A DNA stretch of 50,651 nt from Candidatus Nanoanaerosalina archaeon (GTDB lineage Archaea > Nanohalarchaeota > Nanosalinia > Nanosalinales > Nanoanaerosalinaceae). The notes under the pieces are model-generated. The model saw only the letters and a list, made by a program, of their open reading frames with translations. It had not been told where the DNA came from and did not search any database. This document shows, piece by piece, positions 36,387-44,101 of this stretch. A program made the translations under genes and the position numbers. The stretch's first letter is position 1. The number at the start of each line of letters is the position of its first letter. The stretch is taken from positions 1 through 50,651 of the forward strand of contig JALDAH010000001.1 in NCBI GenBank assembly GCA_022729275.1, given 5' to 3'.

Positions 36387-36731
36387 TTACCTGTGAACGT
36401 GTGCATAATGAGGTGTCGCCACAAGCCATTCTTCGTCTATGCCTGCAACATCTCCATCAATTGACCTCACAGTCTTCTTGATACGGTCAATAGCTCTCTT
36501 AAGATCTGTCATGTCTTTTTCCTTGAGAGGCTTTATTTTCACCCATACGATGTCTCCGTTTCTCAACATCTTTTGTACCGATTCTGAATCTCGGAACTCA
36601 TGAAGGGTAGCAACCCTAATTTTTACCTTCTTGTTCTTATTATCGTTTCCTGGCTCAAGCTCTACGTACTCTTCAGGCTCAAGTTTTTCAATTTGATTGT
36701 TTTTTCCACCAAAAATGTTCTTCAAGGGCAC
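36387..36731 (-). CDS. sepF: SepF-like cell-division protein (DUF552 family)
   Basis: About 114 aa with the SepF core pattern: KIRVATLHEFRDSESVQKMLRNGDIVWVKIKPL...DLKRAIDRIKKTVRSIDGDVAGIDEEWLVATP. GTG start with AGGAGGT 7 nt upstream. Confidence 0.65.
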   Translation of the reverse strand: MPLKNIFGGKNNQIEKLEPEEYVELEPGNDNKNKKVKIRVATLHEFRDSESVQKMLRNGDIVWVKIKPLKEKDMTDLKRAIDRIKKTVRSIDGDVAGIDEEWLVATPHYAHVHR

Positions 36732-36866
36732 AGTATAAACCTCCTACAATCATATGTTCGACACAAGTTTACTTAAATCTAACCTGTCAAAAAAAGGTTC
36801 ATCAGATTTTATATATCTAAGGTTTAAAGAATTGTATCAACAGCAACAAAGTCTTTCAGATAGGAA

Positions 36867-36878
36867 AAAGATATAAAC
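36867..36878 (+). promoter_or_regulatory. TATA-like box (AAAGATATAAAC) for tRNA-Tyr
   Basis: Ends 30 nt upstream of the tRNA 5' end, the same spacing as at tRNA-Arg. Confidence 0.4.
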
Positions 36879-36907
36879 GAACAGTAATATCTCATCTAAA
36901 ATAGAAA

Positions 36908-37014
36908 CCCTCCTTAGCTCAGTCTGGCAGAGCGTCCGCCTGTAGTTCCAGCCGGGTGCTGACCAATGGAAGCCAGTCAGCGGAATGCCCCCCGTTCAAA
37001 TCGGGGAGGAGGGA
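36908..37014 (+). tRNA. tRNA-Tyr (anticodon GUA) with a 33-nt intron at 37/38 (about 36946-36978)
   Basis: CCCTCCT-TA-GCTCAGTCTGGCAGAGC-G-TCCGC-CTGTAG[TTCCAGCCGGGTGCTGACCAATGGAAGCCAGTC]A-GCGGA-ATGCC-CCCCG-TTCAAAT-CGGGG-AGGAGGG-A. The C1-G72 pair is the archaeal/eukaryal tRNA-Tyr identity element. Confidence 0.85.
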
Positions 37015-37028
37015 TTTTTTTGTTTTTT
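37015..37028 (+). terminator. T7-G-T6 tract directly after tRNA-Tyr
   Basis: TTTTTTTGTTTTTT starts at the first nucleotide after the discriminator base. Confidence 0.5.
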
Positions 37029-37075
37029 ACCAATTTTCCGAAACAATTAATACGTTCAGTTCATTTTCTTTATCT

Positions 37076-37927
37076 ATGGAAATCAAAATCGGTGCTCATG
37101 TATCAATTTCAGGAGGTTTCATAAAAGCTCTTGACAGAGAGGAAAAACTGGGTGGTAACTGTGGACAGGTATTTGTCCATTCTCCCAGGGTATGGAAGTT
37201 CGGCAAACTCTCAGAAAAAGAAGCCAGAAATTTTAGGGAGGAGTACAATAAGAGAGGTTGGGGTCCTATCCTAGTACACTCCAACTACCTGATAAACCTT
37301 GCAACACCTAAACCAGATCTCTTTAAGAGATCCGTGGAAACATTGAAGGAGGAATTGAGAAGGGCTAAAATGCTGGGTATGGAATATGTCGTGTTTCACC
37401 CAGGAAGCCATACAGGTTCTGGAGAAGAAAAAGGAATACAGAGCATAATTCAAGGCTTAAATATGGTCAAAGAAGTTATAGACGATAATACTAAGCTTCT
37501 TCTGGAGAACACTGCAGGGAAGGGAACTTCTCTTGGAAAAAACGTCGATCAACTGTCACAGATGTTTGAAAAATCTAAACTGACGTTCGATGAGGCAGGT
37601 GTATGTATTGATACTTGTCATGCTTTTTCCGCTGGTTACAATATCCATACCGAAAAAGGTCTTGATGATTTTGTAGAGGAATTCGATTCAAAGATTGGTT
37701 GGGATAACGTTAAAGCTATTCATCTGAATGATTCTAAGTATTCTCAGGGTTCTGAAAAGGATGAACACGCCCATATAGGAGAAGGAAAGATAGGTGAACA
37801 GGGTATGGAAAACATAGTGAACCATCCTAGGATCAAGGAAAAACCTTTGATACTTGAGACACCTGTGGATAAAGAAAAAGGTTACAGGGAAAACATCGAA
37901 AAAGTTGCAGATCTTATGAAGAATTAA
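37076..37927 (+). CDS. nfo: Endonuclease IV (AP endonuclease, TIM-barrel)
   Basis: IGAHVSISGG, HSNYLINLA, VFHPGSH, LLENTAG, CIDTCHAFSAGY, HLNDSK. The track ORF's 5' extension (36956-37075) overlaps tRNA-Tyr and is rejected. Confidence 0.9.
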   Translation: MEIKIGAHVSISGGFIKALDREEKLGGNCGQVFVHSPRVWKFGKLSEKEARNFREEYNKRGWGPILVHSNYLINLATPKPDLFKRSVETLKEELRRAKMLGMEYVVFHPGSHTGSGEEKGIQSIIQGLNMVKEVIDDNTKLLLENTAGKGTSLGKNVDQLSQMFEKSKLTFDEAGVCIDTCHAFSAGYNIHTEKGLDDFVEEFDSKIGWDNVKAIHLNDSKYSQGSEKDEHAHIGEGKIGEQGMENIVNHPRIKEKPLILETPVDKEKGYRENIEKVADLMKN

Positions 37928-38157
37928 TCAAAACTTATCTCCGTTATCTCTACACCTCTCTCCTTTGAAATTCTCTTCTTGAACTCTTTGATAGCTGAAT
38001 CATTTCCTTCAACATCCAGTAGGATAACACCTGTTTCTCCTCCTCTGTTAAAGCCTATCCTTGTTTTTATTAAACTTCCAAATCCTGTTAATACTTTTTG
38101 AAGTTTTTGAGCGTTTTTCCTTCTCTTAGAAAGCTTTAGTGCTATTATCTCCTCCAT
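37924..38157 (-). CDS. Small ACT/NikR-C-like protein (77 aa); possible iron-only-hydrogenase-system regulator (TM1266-like)
   Basis: Only the last 77 codons of track ORF 37924-38385 are taken (ATG at 38155-38157). MEEIIALKLS...GVILLDVEGNDSAIKEFKKRISKERGVEITEISFD has a beta-alpha-beta-beta-alpha-beta pattern. The family assignment rests on size, fold pattern and divergent position next to hydCBA, and was not verified. Confidence 0.4.
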   Translation of the reverse strand: MEEIIALKLSKRRKNAQKLQKVLTGFGSLIKTRIGFNRGGETGVILLDVEGNDSAIKEFKKRISKERGVEITEISFD

Positions 38158-38237
38158 GAAAATTATTTTGATTCGAACTGTAAAAAATATTACTGTATGA
38201 AAAAGTATTTTTAACAGACAGCCGAATTTATTCATGT

Positions 38238-38657
38238 ATGGAGTTGCCTGAAGAACCTCTACTAAATATTTTGAAGAAAGAGCAGGAGAGACACGGATAC
38301 CTATCCGATCATGTATTGAAACAGGTAAGTATCGAGATCGATGTTCCTCTTTCAAAACTATATGGCATAACTCAGTTCTACACAATGCTAAGAACTGAAC
38401 CTGTTGGAAAAAATGTCATAGAGATATGCATGTCGACTCCGTGTTTTCTAAACGAAAGCGACACTTTGAAGGATTACCTTGAGGAAAAACTCGGTATAAA
38501 AACAGGTGAAACCAGTGAAGATGGTGAATTTTCTCTTTTCAGGGTTTCTTGTATCGGTTGTTGTAACGAACCACCTGCAATGCTGGTGAACGATGAACCA
38601 TACACCAAACTGACAGAAGAAAGAATAGATTTTATAATAAAAGAGTTGAGAGACTGA
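38238..38657 (+). CDS. hydC: [FeFe]-hydrogenase gamma subunit, NuoE-like thioredoxin-fold 2Fe-2S protein
   Basis: Cys pattern C-x4-C-x35-C-x3-C (ICMSTPC...VSCIGCCNEPPAMLVN) as in NuoE/HydC. The stop overlaps the hydB ATG (TGATG). Confidence 0.8.
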   Translation: MELPEEPLLNILKKEQERHGYLSDHVLKQVSIEIDVPLSKLYGITQFYTMLRTEPVGKNVIEICMSTPCFLNESDTLKDYLEEKLGIKTGETSEDGEFSLFRVSCIGCCNEPPAMLVNDEPYTKLTEERIDFIIKELRD

Positions 38658-39772
38658 TGCAGATATTGAGAAAAACAAAGATGGAGGCTCTGAAACTACT
38701 TGGAAGTATGAAAAGAGAAGAAATGCTGGAGAGGATGGAGGAAAAAAGCCTTGTAGGTAGAGGTGGTGCGGGTTTTCCAACTGCTAAAAAATGGAGAATG
38801 GCTCTGGAACAAGAAGAAAACATATATCTTGTGGTCAATGCTGATGAAGGAGAACCAGGCACTTTCAAGGACAAGTTTATTCTTGAGAACAACCTTGATA
38901 CATTTATAGAAGGAGTTATGATGGCTTCAAAAATTTTGGATGTTGAAAAGACGTATATATACCTTAGGGGGGAATACGAATACCTGAGAGATGATATTGA
39001 GGAAAAAATAAAAGAACTTAACAATAAAACCCCCAGAAATTTCGATATAAATATGGTCAGAGGTGCTGGAGCATATGTATGCGGTGAAGAAACCTCTATA
39101 CTACAATCAATCATGGGCCACAGAGGTAATTCCATGAAAAAACCTCCATACCCCACACAGAAAGGACTCTGGGGTAAACCAACTGTTGTAAACAACGTTG
39201 AGACAATAACATGTGTACCTCAACTGCTCTTATACGATGACTGGAATCCGAATCTCAGGCTTTTCTCGCTTTCAGGAAATGTTTCTAATCCTGGACTTTT
39301 TGAAGCGCCGCTCGGAGTTAAAGTTTCAACCCTTATAGATCTTGCTAGACCAAAAAACAAATTAAAAGCAATGTCTTTAGGTAATTTTGGAGGTATAATG
39401 CCTATAGAAAAAGATATGAAAATAACACCTGAACTGATAAGCGATGAAAACTGTTTCCACGGAACTTACTCCCTTATATGGATCGATGAGACCAACAACA
39501 TCGTGGATATATGCAAAAACATCTCCGAGTTCTATACTTATGAGTCATGTGGAAAATGCACACCATGCAGAGAAGGTTCAAAAGAAATTCTGGATCTTCT
39601 TGGAAAAATATGTAATGGAAAAGGAACTAAAAAAGATATAGAGGAACTTGAAAAAACTGCAAGTCACGTCAACCAGACAAGCCTTTGTGGCCTCGGCAAA
39701 ACTGTTGGCAAACACGTTTTGACGGGTCTGGAACATTTCAAAAATGATTTTATTGAGAAGGTTGAACAATGA
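38657..39772 (+). CDS. hydB: [FeFe]-hydrogenase beta subunit, minimal NuoF-like NADH/FMN/4Fe-4S protein
   Basis: GRGGAGFPTAKKW (FMN), NADEGEPGTFKDKFILE (NADH), GAGAYVCGEETSILQSI, NNVETI, and the N3 cluster ESCGKCTPCREG...CGLG. At 371 aa it has no extra ferredoxin domains. Confidence 0.85.
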   Translation: MQILRKTKMEALKLLGSMKREEMLERMEEKSLVGRGGAGFPTAKKWRMALEQEENIYLVVNADEGEPGTFKDKFILENNLDTFIEGVMMASKILDVEKTYIYLRGEYEYLRDDIEEKIKELNNKTPRNFDINMVRGAGAYVCGEETSILQSIMGHRGNSMKKPPYPTQKGLWGKPTVVNNVETITCVPQLLLYDDWNPNLRLFSLSGNVSNPGLFEAPLGVKVSTLIDLARPKNKLKAMSLGNFGGIMPIEKDMKITPELISDENCFHGTYSLIWIDETNNIVDICKNISEFYTYESCGKCTPCREGSKEILDLLGKICNGKGTKKDIEELEKTASHVNQTSLCGLGKTVGKHVLTGLEHFKNDFIEKVEQ

Positions 39773-41421
39773 ATATAGAACTTGACGGAAGAGAGATAGA
39801 AGTAGATGAAGAAAACACACTTCTTGAGATATGCAGGCAAGAAGGGAAAGAAATACCTACAAAGTGTTATCTGAAAGAAATCGGATCCGATTCAAGGTGC
39901 AGAGTTTGCCTCGTGGAAGTTGATGGAAGACTCGTTACTTCCTGTTCAACCTATCCAAAAAAAGGTTCAAAAATAAAGACCGACACTGAAAGAGTTTTGG
40001 AGGCCCGTGAAAAAAATCTTGAGCTAATGAAACAAAAAAAGGATTCATCTGAAGCTTACAAGCTTTTTAAAGAGGTTGGTTTGGGTAACAACAGGTTCGA
40101 CAAGGAAGACCACAAGCTGGAGATAATGGGGCAGTCACTTCTGAGAGAGATGGAGGAATGTGTCAACTGTGGCAGATGTGTAAAGGTTTGTGACCATATT
40201 CAAGGTGTTCATGCAATCGACTTTGCGGGTAGAGGCCACGAATCAAGGGTCACACCACACAGAGAAAAAAAGTTATCTGAAGTAGCGTGTATAAGGTGTG
40301 GGCAGTGCATCTTGAGATGTGAAGAAGATGCCCTGAAGGAAAAAAGCCACTTGAAAAAAGTAGAAGAAGCTCTCTCAGATAAAACAAAGTTCGTTGTTGC
40401 ACAAACAGCTCCTGCGGTAAGAGCCTCTCTGGGAGAATTATTTGCGATGGAACCAGGTACAAATGTGGAGGGAGAGATGGTCGCCGCATTGAGAAAAAAA
40501 GGATTTGACAGGGTTTTCGACACAGTATTCGGTGCTGATCTGACAATAGTGGAAGAAGCATCGGAGTTGATAGAAAGGATCAAAGGTGGTGGACCTTTCC
40601 CTATGATAACAAGTTGCTGTCCTGCATGGATAATTTACATGGAACATTTTCATCCTGAACTAAAGAAAAATGTATCAAGCTGTAAAAGCCCTCACATGAT
40701 GGTAGGGGCCCTGACAAAGACATTTTTTGCGGAAAAAATGGATAAAAACAAAGAAGATATTGTTGTTGTTTCCATAATGCCCTGTACATCAAAGAAATTC
40801 GAGGTATCAAGGACAGAAATGAAAGAGGATGTTGATTACGTGTTAACGACAAGAGAAACCGCAAAAATGTTCAAAAAAGAATCTATAGACCTCAATAATA
40901 TGGAAAAACAAGATTTTGATGATCCAATGGGAATATCCACAGGTGCAGGCAAGATCTTCGGTGCTACAGGCGGAGTGATGGAAGCAGCAATTAGAACAGC
41001 TAATGATAAACTTGATGGGGGACAAATCGATTTCAGGCTTGAAGAAGTCAGGGGAGAACACGGAATCAAAAGAGGAGAAGTAGATATAGATGGTCAAAAA
41101 GTAAGGTTCATTGTGGCCCATGGAGGTAAAAATATTGGGAAGACTATTGAGATGTTAGATGACGGAGATGAGGTACATTTCATAGAATTCATGGCTTGTC
41201 CAGGAGGATGTGTCTGTGGAGGAGGCCAGCCCAGATCAGAAAACAATCTTTTCCCAGAAAGAGCGGCCGCATTGTATATAAGCGATGAAAATTCTGATTT
41301 AAGGCTCTCACACAATAACCCTGCTGTAAAGAAGATCTACGATGATTTTCTGGATGAACCTCTTTCAGACAAATCGGAAAAGTTGCTTCACACCTTCTAC
41401 CTTGAAAGAGATGGTTTCTAG
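39769..41421 (+). CDS. hydA: [FeFe]-hydrogenase catalytic subunit (H-cluster domain, N-terminal 2Fe-2S and 2x[4Fe-4S])
   Basis: H-cluster motifs TSCCPAW, MPCTSKKFE and EFMACPGGCVCGGGQP; GATGGVMEAA; CVNCGRCVKVC and CIRCGQCILRC; N-terminal C-x10-C-x2-C-x11-C (CYLKEIGSDSRCRVCLVEVDGRLVTSC); C-terminal small-subunit-like tail. ATGA overlap with hydB. Confidence 0.9.
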   Translation: MNIELDGREIEVDEENTLLEICRQEGKEIPTKCYLKEIGSDSRCRVCLVEVDGRLVTSCSTYPKKGSKIKTDTERVLEAREKNLELMKQKKDSSEAYKLFKEVGLGNNRFDKEDHKLEIMGQSLLREMEECVNCGRCVKVCDHIQGVHAIDFAGRGHESRVTPHREKKLSEVACIRCGQCILRCEEDALKEKSHLKKVEEALSDKTKFVVAQTAPAVRASLGELFAMEPGTNVEGEMVAALRKKGFDRVFDTVFGADLTIVEEASELIERIKGGGPFPMITSCCPAWIIYMEHFHPELKKNVSSCKSPHMMVGALTKTFFAEKMDKNKEDIVVVSIMPCTSKKFEVSRTEMKEDVDYVLTTRETAKMFKKESIDLNNMEKQDFDDPMGISTGAGKIFGATGGVMEAAIRTANDKLDGGQIDFRLEEVRGEHGIKRGEVDIDGQKVRFIVAHGGKNIGKTIEMLDDGDEVHFIEFMACPGGCVCGGGQPRSENNLFPERAAALYISDENSDLRLSHNNPAVKKIYDDFLDEPLSDKSEKLLHTFYLERDGF

Positions 41422-42032
41422 TCTCTCAAAAGTCTTTCATATATATTTTCAAACCTGTTTTTTACAGTTTTAACTTTCTCAACTGCCTCTGAGTATTTTT
41501 TATCCGAAAATTTGTCTATTATGCAGCATATTCCTTCTTTTAGTTCATTAGATAATTCTTCCTCGATATCCATAACCTTCAAGTACTCATTAGCCATCCT
41601 CATCCTGGCACTAGAGAGACTGTATTCGCTAAATTTAGGGGTATTTTCCTCATCGGATAACTTCTTCAATGTCTCTTCAAAATAATTATCGACTTTTTCA
41701 AGGTATCCCTTTCTTCTTATCAGTTTTATAGAAGTCTTAGGTAACTCCACTCCAAGTTTCTCAGAATATTCCTTCGCTTTTTTAAGGTCATCCTCCATTC
41801 TGTACACGTTTCCGGCTAAAGCGAACTCCCTTGCATTCCTCATGTGAAAAGGTATGCCTCTCTCAAAAGCCCTATTCATTATCTCATTTCTTTCTCTTGA
41901 ATCCAAATCGGTTTTTTCAAGGTGATACATTGCTCCCTTGACCATTCCATGTTCTGCTTCGACCTTTGCATCGAATAAAGGACCTCCATTAATAATATCC
42001 TCCTCTTCGAAAAAGAATTTCTTGTAAAACAT
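41418..42032 (-). CDS. Hypothetical helical protein (204 aa)
   Basis: Clean ORF convergent with hydA, with a 4-nt overlap of the 3' ends. No motif recognised. Confidence 0.45.
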   Translation of the reverse strand: MFYKKFFFEEEDIINGGPLFDAKVEAEHGMVKGAMYHLEKTDLDSRERNEIMNRAFERGIPFHMRNAREFALAGNVYRMEDDLKKAKEYSEKLGVELPKTSIKLIRRKGYLEKVDNYFEETLKKLSDEENTPKFSEYSLSSARMRMANEYLKVMDIEEELSNELKEGICCIIDKFSDKKYSEAVEKVKTVKNRFENIYERLLRD

Positions 42033-42085
42033 GTACAGATAAAGAGAGATAAACGTTTTAAATTTTCACTAGAAATCACAAAAAA

Positions 42086-42772
42086 CTATTTTCCGAAGTT
42101 TCTCTCGGATGATCTGTAGAATTCTATCGCTTTTTCGAACTCTTGCTCAGAAAATTCGGGCCAAAGCTGGTCAGTAAAGAAAAGTTCAGCATACGAGCTC
42201 TGCCAAATCAGAAAATTGCTAAGCCTCTGATATCCTCCTGTTCTGATAACAAGGTCTATACTGGAACTGGTGTAAAGGTTTTCCTCCAGATTTTTTTCAT
42301 TGAATTCCAGATTTTTTAGCTTCAAATCTCTTGCTGCATCTACTATCTCCTTTTTACCGCCATAACCTATACATATATTCAATTTATAACTGTCTCTCTC
42401 TTTAGTATTTTCTTCTATTTCTTTTATGGTTTCAGAAATAGGTTCAAGAAGTTCCTCTCTACCCAGAAACTCTATGCTCACGTCATATTCTTTCATAATC
42501 TCTGACTCATAGAGATCATAAGCTTTTCTATTGAACAGATCAAAGATGATTTCAATCTCTCTTTCATCCCTTTTCAAGTTTTCCGTGCTTAAAGCATAGA
42601 AAAAAACTTCTTCTATATAGTCCTGATCAAGAACCCATTTATAAACTTCTTCTACTTTTTCAAATCCTTTTTCATAAGCTTTTCTGTGAGTCAAACCTTC
42701 TTTTCTTGCGTATCTTCTGTTACCATCCGGTATAATACCAAGAGACTTAGGAAAACTCTCTTCTTCCACCAT
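42086..42772 (-). CDS. uppS: cis-Prenyltransferase (undecaprenyl/dehydrodolichyl diphosphate synthase)
   Basis: LGIIPDGNRRYARKEG, FYALSTENLKR, LVIRTGGYQRLSNFLIWQSSYAELFF. Confidence 0.9.
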   Translation of the reverse strand: MVEEESFPKSLGIIPDGNRRYARKEGLTHRKAYEKGFEKVEEVYKWVLDQDYIEEVFFYALSTENLKRDEREIEIIFDLFNRKAYDLYESEIMKEYDVSIEFLGREELLEPISETIKEIEENTKERDSYKLNICIGYGGKKEIVDAARDLKLKNLEFNEKNLEENLYTSSSIDLVIRTGGYQRLSNFLIWQSSYAELFFTDQLWPEFSEQEFEKAIEFYRSSERNFGK

Positions 42773-42848
42773 TTAAAGACCTCACGAAAACTATTTTTAG
42801 GTCTGAAAGTTATAAAAATTTGTCTCCCGTATTTTTATTGTGATCTCA

Positions 42849-43718
42849 ATGGATGAAATGAAAAATTATGCCACAGAAGTAACAGTTTTGCTCGAGAATG
42901 AAGAGAAGAGAACTGTTGATGAATACATTGAGACCCTTGAAAAGTTCAAGGATGCTACTGGTTACAGGGAGATAGAGTTCTCGGACCTTCCTGATATTAT
43001 TGGTGGAGTAACTATCCCATATATAGAGCCCTCAGAAACCGGTGTGGGAATTAGAGGTGGAGAAATCAAGATCAACGACAAGTTTCTTGAAATACCTGAA
43101 TCCGAACAGAACTACAGAGATTTTGTGGAAACACTTTTCCATGAAGCAGTTCACCTTGAGGATTTCAGGCTAGAATCGGAAAGCGATTACGGTTTCAACA
43201 GAAAAGAAAGGGAATACAAAACTATTCTTTCTGAAGGGCTTGCCTCAAAGATAGGTAAGAACGGTTACCATGATGCTGAAAGGTTCTACGACATGTTTTA
43301 TGATGAGGCTGAAGATTATTTCTACGATGAAATCTTGAATGAGAAGGGTTCAAACGTGGGAGAAATACTGGAGGATATCAGCGAGGACAAATACCTTGTA
43401 CATGTGGGCCTTAATTCTAAGGAGAATGTTTACGATTTTCAGATGCTGGACAAGGAGATCTTCGATAGTAACAAGGAGTTAGGGGAAGAAGATATATATG
43501 AAATACTTGATGATATATACCAAGAAGGGATAGATAGAGACAGGAGCTATTTGATAGATTTCCGGGATGAAGATGTTGATTCCGAGAAAATCGCAGAACA
43601 TTACCTGGAGACACATGAAAGAGTGGAGAGCAATATACTGGATTTCAAAGATGAAATGGATAAGAACGGTTACAGTTTTCCAAATAAATTACTTCCTTTT
43701 GCTGAACTCGAATATTAA
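42849..43718 (+). CDS. Very acidic hypothetical protein with an HExxH motif (possible zinc metallopeptidase-like)
   Basis: LFHEAVHLED is the only recognisable motif. ATG at 42849 preferred to GTG at 42840. Confidence 0.45.
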   Translation: MDEMKNYATEVTVLLENEEKRTVDEYIETLEKFKDATGYREIEFSDLPDIIGGVTIPYIEPSETGVGIRGGEIKINDKFLEIPESEQNYRDFVETLFHEAVHLEDFRLESESDYGFNRKEREYKTILSEGLASKIGKNGYHDAERFYDMFYDEAEDYFYDEILNEKGSNVGEILEDISEDKYLVHVGLNSKENVYDFQMLDKEIFDSNKELGEEDIYEILDDIYQEGIDRDRSYLIDFRDEDVDSEKIAEHYLETHERVESNILDFKDEMDKNGYSFPNKLLPFAELEY

Positions 43719-43744
43719 GGAAAGATTTCTGAGGTTTTATTCAA

Positions 43745-44101
43745 ATGGATTTTGTTGGACACAAAGATGGATGGATAAACAAAAACAATTACAGGAAAAA
43801 AATTCTGGCAGATCAAGATATACTTGGAGATGGAAGGATTATACAGATAGTGGAAGTAAAACCTGGTAATGAAGTAAAAACACACAGGCACAAAAAAACA
43901 GAGGAAATTTTCTATATTTTGAGGCCTGCGGGAAAGATAGTGATCAACGGTGATGAGGTGGAGACCAGAAAGGAACAGATACTGTTGTGTGAAGCTGGAG
44001 ATACTCACAGCGTTGTGAACAACTCTGATGAAACTTTAAGGATACTTGTCTTCAAATCTAACTTTGTTGAGGACGACACGGAATGGTTGAATAATGGATA
44101 G
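43745..44101 (+). CDS. Cupin-domain protein
   Basis: GNEVKTHRHKKTEEIFYIL...GDEVETRKEQILLCEAGDTHSVVN matches the two cupin motifs (G-x5-H-x-H...E; G-x5-P-x-G-x2-H-x3-N-like). Confidence 0.65.
   Translation: MDFVGHKDGWINKNNYRKKILADQDILGDGRIIQIVEVKPGNEVKTHRHKKTEEIFYILRPAGKIVINGDEVETRKEQILLCEAGDTHSVVNNSDETLRILVFKSNFVEDDTEWLNNG

Noticed and set aside
36281-36481. 66-aa TTG-initiated ORF in the argS-sepF spacer
   Set aside because: Its 3' third is antisense to the sepF coding sequence, it has a TTG start with no SD, and its Lys/Arg-rich low-complexity product comes from A-rich DNA.
36799-36804. UGAUGA (C-box-like) on the minus strand, possible C/D box sRNA
   Set aside because: No D box (CUGA) or C'/D' elements occur at the required spacing. 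The site lies in the sepF 5' leader.
36956-37075. 5' extension of the nfo ORF (MLTNGSQSAECPPFKSGRR...)
   Set aside because: It overlaps the 3' half of tRNA-Tyr and its terminator. Endonuclease IV homology starts at MEIKIGAHVS (37076).
38632-41315. Multiple minus-strand ORFs (187, 124, 103, 92, 87, 77, 73, 71 aa) opposite hydB/hydA
   Set aside because: They are antisense to genes with complete, motif-verified products. They have no motifs and overlap one another.
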